From contig OZ176054.1 in NCBI GenBank assembly GCA_964247055.1, positions 9,052,001 to 9,116,000 on the forward strand: 64,000 bases of DNA, read 5' to 3'. Numbering within the stretch: position 1 is the first letter of the stretch; every line of letters begins with the position of its first letter. The DNA comes from Paragordius varius. Its lineage: Eukaryota; Animalia; Nematomorpha. A program made the position numbers and the translations under genes. The notes beneath the pieces were generated by a model. The model saw only the letters and a program-made list of their open reading frames with translations, did no database searches and was not told where the DNA came from. This document shows positions 54,246 through 64,000 of this stretch, piece after piece.

Positions 54246-55845
54246 GATGTTGAGATATTTTTTTATGCTGTGAGATATAACAGGTAAACAACGGAGGGAT
54301 TTTTATATATATATGCATATGACTTCTTTTTTTTTCTAAAATAGTTTCAAATTTATTGCAATCAGTTCTTATATGAAAAATAAAAAATATGTTAACAAGC
54401 ATTTTAATCATATTGAATTCTATTATCATTGTATATTGCTGCTATTTAATTATTATTATTGTAAAATATATAAAACAATATAATAATATTAAGAATAATT
54501 AGGTATGTGAAACAACCAATCAACCTACCTTATTCATGAAATCATAAAAATAGAAAAGAAAAAAAACGGTTTAAAGAACAGAGATACAGAACAACGTATA
54601 TTTCATCAAAAGTTTTTTTTATTTCATTTGATAAAGTGAATGTTAAAAACATTTTTAAGGCAGCGTTTCAAAACCGAAAATATGAAAAAAGAAAAATAAA
54701 TAAAAATATCGCTATTATAATTAATACATCATATCCAGAAATAAGAATTATTATAATTATAATCACAAAATCTTGCTTTTGAATATGTAAAACACATTAA
54801 CACAGCCAAACCTGCCATATCTTTCTTAAAATTCTACTTATAATATTCGATGGATATAAATTTTGGTACAGTTTGATCATCTGAAGGGGAAATGATCAAA
54901 TCAAGCGTAATTCAATATTCATCAGTTATAACCGTAATAATATTATAATTTAACTATTAAATCGTCGCATATGTCAAAATGGTGATGATCCGTCAAAGAT
55001 GGTATATTTGTTTTTATTTTAATATTGATACACTTCTTTTCTGGAATAAAACCGGTCTTACAACTAAAACTGTGATTCATGGTTACTTGTCGCTATCATA
55101 TATTGTAATTTAAAAGTTTTTTGCCATTGTGTAATAATCAATTTTGAATTTTGAAGGGACTCAACAATTTTACCTAAATATGATGTTTTAATAAAACTCA
55201 TATATTTTTTTACATATATCAAAATTGTGGACATTGTTTTTTAACATGTATAAGCACGCAACTTTTTTTCACGTTCACTCTCAAAAGAAATAACAAACTT
55301 TATATATGATTGTACAATTTAATAAATCAGTATATGTCACGCAAATTAATTATATCCTTTTTTAACATTTCTAACACATCATATTCATCCATAACCTTTT
55401 TTCGATTAACCATACTATATATTTATGTTCAAATTGTTTCATAGGGTATTCGTTTTTAATTTAAAACGTTTTAGTAATCAAAACATCCCCAATTCTAGAC
55501 TCCTTTTTGAAAGGGTTTACAATTAATGGGTCGTTAGAGTTTTATTATAAAGAATGGGAGTAAACATTTCATTTTATGCAGCAATGATTTATGCATATAT
55601 TTAGTTGTGTCAAAGCGTCCAGATAAATCTTAAAAGGCTCATTTTAGATGTTATTAAAACATAAAATAACGTTTTTTTTCTAACAAGCTTGTTTATATTC
55701 GGCTAAAATTTCGGATGCCGTTATTGAAAATCTAATCTATTGACTAAAGAACTTTACATATTATAATAGCAGAATATAAGCTGTTTCGATGATAATATGC
55801 AACTGACATAGGGACGTTTTACAATGCCTATGTTTAGATTTTATA

Positions 55846-56449
55846 CCATTTGCACTTCAAGAGTGTCCTTAAACACTTCAAGTTGGTCCTTGAACATTTC
55901 AAGTTGGTCCTTGAACACTTCAAGTTGGTCCTTGAACATTTCAGTTGAACTTTAAACACGTTGGACCTTAAACATTTCAAGTTGGTCCTCGAACACTTCA
56001 AGTTGGTCCTAAAATTTTTAAATTTTATTTAACCATAATTTTTGCACGCTTTTTTTATTATATTGTTTTTTAACCTAATTTTCTTTATTTTTTATATATT
56101 AATTCATTTAAAATAAAAAAAATTATTCAAAAACCACTTTTTTATTTCAAACTAATTTCTTTTCCAAATTAACAAAATTATTATATACGGTTTCTCAATG
56201 ATTGAAATTTGATATTGATTAAAAATTTATGTTAAATAATAGAAAATAGGTTAAAAACGATAAAATAGATGAATGATATACGGTTTGATTGATAAAAATT
56301 ATACAATACAAAAAAGCTAAAGGACCAACTTGAAGGGTTCAAGGACCCTCTTGAAGTGTTCAAGAACCAACTTGAAATGTTCAAAGACAAACTTGAAATG
56401 TTCAAGGACCAACTTGAAGTGTTCAAGGACACTCTTGAAGTGCAAATGG
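55846..56449. mobile_element. MITE/foldback (604 bp) with TIRs built of 21-bp tandem repeats, best-preserved copy
   Basis: TA-CCATTTGCACTTCAAGAGTGTCCTT ... AAGGACACTCTTGAAGTGCAAATGG-TA; several 21-bp units per arm; AT-rich non-coding core. Confidence 0.88.
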
Positions 56450-56869
56450 TATATATACAACGAAGCATGCTTTCATGCATGGGTGGTCAACACGCGGCAA
56501 CCAGTTAAAAATTCCGAAAATTAATAAACAAATACGATAAAAATTTGCATTTATATGCTTATAATATGTTAATAAATAAAATTGATATCTCAACAGCCCC
56601 TGCTCTAATGTTAAATAATTTATTTATTATGGTACTAATCTATATCACCGTTTTGAAATAAATTTAAGTGGATAATATGTCATTCTAAAACTAAAATTAT
56701 AATAAAAACACGTTATTATGGAAGCGGACCCCTTTTCACTACCCAGATTATAACAATAAAAAATAATATGAATTTTTCAATACTAACCATTTTATATCCT
56801 GAATTCCGTTTTAGTCATCTTAGTTTTATTTTTAGTTAAGTTTAAAAATTTTAATATCCTTATATTTAG

Positions 56870-59800
56870 TTTTGGTATACCAGGGACATTACAATGGATT
56901 GGGATTTTTATATGGATTTTATCTTTCCACACACAGGTAAATTTATTTATTTTTAATTCGTATAAATTTATTTTCAACAAATTAATTGATATTGGAAATC
57001 ATTTTCCATAATTTTTTAATACAAAATATTGTGAATCTCCAACATTATTATTTTACAGGTTTTCGTTAAAACGATTTATAAACTTAACAATTGATATTAT
57101 TATGATTATTATTATTATAAAACTTATTCATTTCTCTTCCTGTTTTACAATTTTAAAATTTATTTAAATAAAATTATAATTTTATGTTTATAAATGAATA
57201 AATGATGGATTATTATGTATTAATACCATCTAATCTAATTTATGCTGTAACAATTAACACTTAGCATTCATAAATTTTTTTATGATATTATACCAAATCT
57301 GTCTTGAAAAAAAATCACAAATACTTAATCCTTAACCCACTTTTTTTTCAATTTTAATATTACTTATTATCAAATAATTTTGAAAAAAAAACATTTATAT
57401 AATTAAAGATTGGTGCGACTTAGTGGGAACATCAAGACTTTTATAAAATATAATTAAATTTTTAATGTTATAAAATTTAAATGGGTATATTAATTGTTTA
57501 CAGAATCTAAAATAAGATAGAAACATGATAAATAAATAATTGATATATCAATGGTTTTAGTCGAAATTTTTGATAATCATATTTTTACTATATAGTATAT
57601 TTTATTGAATATATTTTTATTTAAATAATTAATATTGTATTTTTTAGATTGTTTATGGGATTCAGGGATTAGAGCGTAAGTTATTATTTAACCTTATTTA
57701 CATATCTTTATTTTACACAAACTCAATTATAAATTAAAATTGGGGTATTTCTAGACCCCACACCATATTATTGACATTATTAAAATACTACTAAAAGAAA
57801 CGGTTCCAATTTCAATTTACGCTTCTATCCTATATAAATAAGTCAAAATATCTAAATAAAGTTAAGTTTTAAAAATAAATTCCATATCAAACTGCTTCGA
57901 CGCCCTTTTTATTTTACAACATTTATGCAAAATATCGTATTTTTATTATTCTGACGCTAAAATTAGGTAATTTTTTTTAACATGTAAAATAAATGGATAT
58001 AAACAGAAGTCGTTTATTTTGCATACATGTCATGTTGCCTATTTTTTACCTACAAGTTTATCCATAAAATAAGATATATCATGTCATTTTAAGTGAATAT
58101 AACTTTGTATTTCGGTGCATAAATGTTGTCTAAGTGCAAACCTTTGAAATAGTTTCAATGCATTTCATTTTATTAAAATCTTGGATTTACAGAGGCCTGT
58201 GGTCTCTATTTTGAATTGAAGGACGAAAATGAATGTGTGTTGATTGTATCCAAGTGTTAATAGAAAAAAACTTATGAAATTATTTTGTTAATGAACCGCG
58301 TTATTCCCTATTAAATTTAATTAAATATTTCCTTAAGATATCATCGCCCCATATTCTCTAATTTAATATATCATGTAAAATATAATTTAAAATTAACACA
58401 ACACTGTTTGTTATACAGTAACACTGTTATGCAAAGTGGATTCTATGGATGTCATAATGCATTTTCAAGAACCATTTCATGGAGTGATTGTTACGATACA
58501 GGACCCGTCTAGCCAATGTCTTACACGAGGATTAGGCAAAACCAAAATCGTTTTCTCCATTCCCGTAAACTCTTGTGGAACGTTGGGGGTATCGTTTTTT
58601 TATATGATATAATTTTGGCATAAAAGACGATGATATTTATTTATACAACTCTAAGATTAATCAGTGATAATAAGCGTATAATAATGAATTTTCAGCCACA
58701 AAAAGTGTAAATAAAAATATCAAAAAATTAGCTTTGTTTTAACATTATATCATAGGCAAAAAATATTTTGAGATAAAAAATTATTCATATTTGTAGGCAA
58801 GAGGATTGGGTTTTAACAATAGTATTCGCATTCAACAAGAAGAAACAGTTATAACTGCACAAGATGAATTTTGGGACATTGATTGTTTGCACAGAACGGC
58901 CGTGAAGGATATCAAAGCCGGGTTTACAACCGACTATGCAATCGCTGAAGATCCACTACAAATCTCATTTAATCAAAGCCATATGTAAGCTTTTTTAGAA
59001 GGAAGTTAGGTTTTTGTTTTTTTACAATTAAAAATTGAATTGACATATTTATGATTTTCTAGCTTTCCCAGAAGCGTTTATGCTCTGAAAAGAACGAAAG
59101 AATGGAAAATACTCATAGTTGTTACAGGGATGGCGGTGACACTACTTTTCCTTGGAATCATAACTTTGGGACTTATGTGTATACGTCGCAGACACCAAAA
59201 CAATCATAAACTTTCACCCTTTTGTTCTCACAAAGTTGAAATTGGAGATGGGGATTATGGGATACACCATGCATATGGTAAGGATATAAGAAAATCTAAA
59301 CATGATAAAAGACACTCAAATTATTTAAATAATGATGATAATATCAATCATCGTCACACGAATGTTAAAATGTCGTGTGTGGAATCAGACGATGGGAACA
59401 AACCTATAACAGCCATGTTTTATTCCTCCTCTGCAATTGGGAAAAATAAATATACCACTCATTTCGATACTTTAGATATAATACCCAAAAATATGACACC
59501 AAATACGTCGTCAGAGTCTACATCACCGCACATCGAAATGCCATACTCCTGGTTTGACAAAGGTGTTAAAGCCGATACCACTGATCTATCCAATACTACA
59601 AATAATAATCGATCTTTGTTAGATGATATTTGGCCAAACAATGATTTTGAAAGGGAAGGGGAAAATAACAGAGGGGAAGGGGAGACTGGTTATCTATCCA
59701 ATGGAGAAAGACAAAAAGCCGACGTTAACAATAGAAACTGGGCCCTGACTGTAAAATCTATTGAAGCATCAAATTTTAATGATGCGAAAAATAGGTATCA

Positions 59801-62777
59801 TGATGACATGAATGAAGAACGTTTCACAAAAGAAGACAAGCAAATCATAGGAGGTTCTCCCTACGAAATCAACTCTGTTAACACTACTGTATCCTCATCA
59901 AAACCTCACAACAAAAAAGCTCATACAGCTCTGCGAAGGAAAGAGTCTTTGAGTTGCGATGATTTAGATAAAGCATCCATGGATTCAATGAAAATGCCAT
60001 CGCCCATGATGTCTAAAAAAGGCTTTACAAAACAGTCTACAAGAAGTTATATGGACTATGGTTCCATCTCTTCATCCCGAAGAAGCCTTAATCTAACTAT
60101 CGATGCCATGGGTTGGCATGATTTAAAAACAAATGATCCATGTCCCGATACAAAATTTAAAACAGACAAAACGAGATGTAATAAGGACAGTAATAGGGTA
60201 AACGAATCGGACACAGAAGATAGAGAAAAGGATACAGATTGTGAAACGCTTGAAAAATCTAGCCTAAATACACCCAGTAGTAAATGGGTAAAGCCACAAA
60301 AGTTATGGAATAAAAATGACGCTAGATTGGAGAGTACTAAGCACGAGGCATGTGAAGATACACACCCATACCATGCTTCATTCCATCATTTGACGGACAC
60401 TGATTGCCATTCATCTATTAATATGGGAAAACAGGACAATGCTTGGACCAATGCAGACTCTCTTCATAAAAGGTTCATATTGTAATATTGTTTTAAGAAT
60501 TAGTTTAAATAAAAATGGTTTAATTGATATTCAGTTTCATATTACGAAGCAATATAAATAGTAACCACATTGATTAAAAAAAGACAAAACAGAGCCAATT
60601 TCAAAACGGTGATTTAAGCAAATATTTACAATTACAAACATGTAGTAAGTTTCCTGATATTTCAAGATTTTTAAGTAAGAAAATTGGCTAGTTTCGGTTG
60701 GATTTTATATATAATACATTATTTGTGGATATTAATAACTGTTATATATATATAAATATAGAGATTTTTCCCCACTTTCATTCAAAAGCATTTCATCCGC
60801 CGAAAATTTTGATCAAACATATTCTAAGAAAAATGCAGTCATTGCATCTAATGGATTGGCCAAATTAAATTCTTTGTCAAACAACAAACAACTTCTCAAT
60901 CTAAGTTTATATATAAATCCCAACTCAAGAATTAATCATTTATCAAAAATGCATAATGATGGTGATGATATGAATAACAATAAAAATAAAAGAGATATCG
61001 ACCAAATTACTTATGTTGGTGATAACTCCATATCTACCCCTAGAAGTACTAAACCATTTCGATTACCCCGAATATATTTGGGAGAATCAACAAATAAAAT
61101 CGGTATTTATATATTATCAAATAATTTTACACGTAAACCTTGTAAAAGAAGTCTTTAACCCAAACATATTTTAATGTTTGTAAAATGCACTTAATTTAGT
61201 TATCATCATTTCTAGAATTAAATTTTGGAAAAAAGTTATATAAATATTTATGTTGAAAAATCATTAAAAAGGGATATAATAGGAATACTAAAGGGAAATG
61301 AAGACTATAACTAAATTAATGCGCACATATAACAAACAGATAATCAATTATTATTTTTTTATCTTTTATTCAAGCTGTATGAAAAAAAAAATTATTCCAA
61401 ACATTTAAAAGGGGAACAATAATTTTCCGACAACTTTATCAGAAAACCCAAATTCCTAGCTAACTCAAATTATAACATTTAATTGACGACATAAAAACCT
61501 TTTTTCTTTTTTTACAAATCGTTATTTTTACTAGCCTCAAATTCAAGGATGCTAGACAGCTTTCCAACCGAGGAACCTGGATGTGATATAAGTTATTATC
61601 AATCTACAATAAGGGGTAATGTGGATGTCAATGCATTAGGTAAATTGTTAAATATTAAATTTATTCTAAATTAAGGCAGATTGCTAATAATTACCGTCAG
61701 TGGCTTGTTTCATGTTAACTCGAAATTTTTTGTCAAATTAATTTAAAAGAAAATTTATTAATTAAAAGATACCATGTAAATCTTGCCTTTATTATGAGTC
61801 CCCTACTTTTTAAATTTTAAATCTCTATGCCTAGGTAAAAACAGCAATTTATTACCCCATGACGCTGACCACGCACCTGAGAACAGAAATAGGAGCAGTT
61901 GGTGCATACCGATAAAATTAGGCTCAAATTATTTAGCAAATCCTTCGTTTCCAAACCGTTTCTCACAACACGAAGAAATTATTCCCTCCAACGTTAATCC
62001 TCAAACATTCATTAGAGAAGAAATGGACACAATAACAACGGAATACGAAAAGGTGCTAAAAACTACGACGAAAAAAGACAAATTTTGTCCAGATAATAAT
62101 GATAATAGTATTAATATTAAACGAGAAAAATATATGGCATTAGACAAGGATAAAACACAATACCGTACACCAAATGCAATAAATAAAAATAGTGCTCGTG
62201 ACGGAGAGAATAAAGCTGAAACCAATCCGACAAATGATAAATTTTCTGAGATAATACCCTCTCGCATTATTTATGATACGGTTAAACTTTTTCAAAGTGC
62301 GGACCAAAACCACAATACCAAAAATCATACGAAAACCACAAAACAACCTAGCAAGGTAAATAATTATGATAATTTTATGTAAAATTTGTTTATACGTCTG
62401 GCTGAAAATCAAATTCGATCAATATTTTTTAGTTATTCTAGTCAATTGTTCGAGAACGATAATATAATAGGTTAAGGTAATTTAATATTTGTACTTACAA
62501 AATCACATTTAAATATATTAGCTATAGGTAAAAAACGAAGAAAAAATAGTTAATATTATATTACTCAAACAATATGCAGAGACCGATTGAAAAAACTAAA
62601 ATTGGCAATCCACAATTTCTAAAAACAAGCACTAATACCTCCAACACAAGCAATGAGAGACATGAAATCTCATCAAAAAATTCCTTAAAAAATTCACGAC
62701 CACCCCGCCAAACCCACAGTTTAAGGGAATTAATACAGCAATTTGATGAAAAATCAAGTAAAATTTTACATAAATAA
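56870..62777 (+). CDS. ZP-N domain single-pass membrane protein (dusky/cuticlin-like N-domain) with a very long low-complexity tail; 5' end not found
   Basis: Phase-consistent exons 56870-56936, 57648-57675, 58193-58234, 58419-58588, 58797-58984, 59063-60472, 60789-61102, 61535-61639, 61835-62355, (62550-62777, weak). Signal-like WIGIFIWILSF; ZP-N with four Cys (TLLCKVDSMDV..FQEPFHG..QC..NSCGT..NSIRIQQ..DEFWDIDC); TM ILIVVTGMAVTLLFLGIITLGLMCI then RRR. Confidence 0.7.
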
Positions 62778-64000
62778 TGATAATTATCAATATCATAATG
62801 TTACAATATATTTTGACACAAATTGTTAAAAGGAAATTATTTTAGAAAATGACCTTACGTTTTGACCGTATCATCCAATATCACAACATTGTGGCCAATT
62901 TTTTTGAATGCAATACATACTTTTAATGAAATCCTATATACACTGTGCATAAAATCGGTGGAAGTCATCAATAAATATGATAAAAAAATTTTTATAATAT
63001 ATTATTTTATTAGGATATATATATATAATTTTGTAACAAAAATTGGAAGCCACCCCCGCCCCTAGTTTATTGTAAATTTTATTTCAATATTAAAGTTATT
63101 ACTATTATTTTAGTCGGAAACGAAAGTGTAGCCGATTCTGTACCCAATTTCGCAAACTGCGATGACAAGAAAAATAGTCACATTTCTATGCAGCAAAAAT
63201 TTCAACCTAAAAAATTTCCAAGGAATTAGCGATGGTAAATTTCTAACTCCGCAATATCTTGAATGAAAAAATGCAAATCCCCCTTTTAACCTGCAAAAAT
63301 CTGAAAAAAAGAGAAAACTGATATAAATTTCACCAATTAACCAAAGGGTACCGCAGTAAATAAGGAATTAACTGATTATGCCATTTTATTATAAACTAAC
63401 AATACAGTCACACCAATGATTTATATTAGACATTTATTATAATTATAAACAAAGAATAAATAAATATTAAATTATATGCATATTTTTATATTAATATCAC
63501 TAGACAACAATTTTTTCTGCCATTCGAGTTTTTTGCAATTTCTGATATTTAGTCTCATTTTGACAGTAAATCTGAAATAAAAATTATAACTCGTTGGAAG
63601 AATTTTGTATAATTTGATTTTTTCGATTATGCGCCCTCTTTATCAAAATTTTACTACAAAATGTTTTTCTTTGAAAACATACAAGTAATGCCCATTTGTA
63701 ATATATCATTCGAAAGAGTAATAAAAACTCTATAAAATGCATACTAATATGTATTACATTGACAGTTAATATTGGACACAGAGAGCGACAAACGCGCGAA
63801 GCGAGAGTATTTTTTTTATTATTGTTTTTTTAAAAATAATGGATTAAAATAGCTCAAACTTTGTCTAGATGGTGATGAATGTTCAAAAAAGATAACACAA
63901 GAAGTTTTATTGATTAAAACATTTTTTCATTGCTTTTATGACACTCAAAACAGCCATTTTTAAAATTTTTTGTTTTTTAAAAAATTACCATCTCATCAAT

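Noticed and set aside
55846-56449. 21-bp repeats as a CRISPR array; ORFs 56232-56480 and 56330-56524 as genes
   Set aside because: The units are contiguous with no unique spacers, the context is eukaryotic, and the ORFs just read through the repeat.
63775-63810. GC-rich motif GAGAGCGACAAACGCGCGAAGCGAGAG as a Helitron-type terminus
   Set aside because: A single short motif near the window edge, with no supporting terminus or coding remnant.

Overview
Very AT-rich eukaryotic (animal) genomic DNA, not prokaryotic: no operons, rRNA or CRISPR. By hand splicing I built models of DLG5 (minus, 15617-1161), ELP2 (plus, 21585-33725; one intron unresolved), COG6 (minus, 47257-41892) and a ZP-N-domain single-pass membrane protein (plus, ~56870-62777, start codon not found). 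The window opens with the 3' end of a possible NUP210/gp210. Introns and intergenic space hold decayed mobile DNA: Ty3/Gypsy (Mag-like) fragments, a Mos1-like mariner, a hAT (Blackjack-like) element, RTE LINE ends, a tRNA-derived SINE-like piece, Tc1-like non-autonomous elements, a MITE with 21-bp-repeat arms and a 2.4-kb foldback. Two things stand out. (1) At least 15 frame-required GT-AG introns of only 21-36 nt coexist with kb-long TE-filled introns. (2) An intact minimal type I hammerhead ribozyme (40368-40407) lies in a duplicated unit resembling a Penelope-associated/retrozyme repeat. All homology calls are from remembered family motifs; no searches were run and the organism is not identified.
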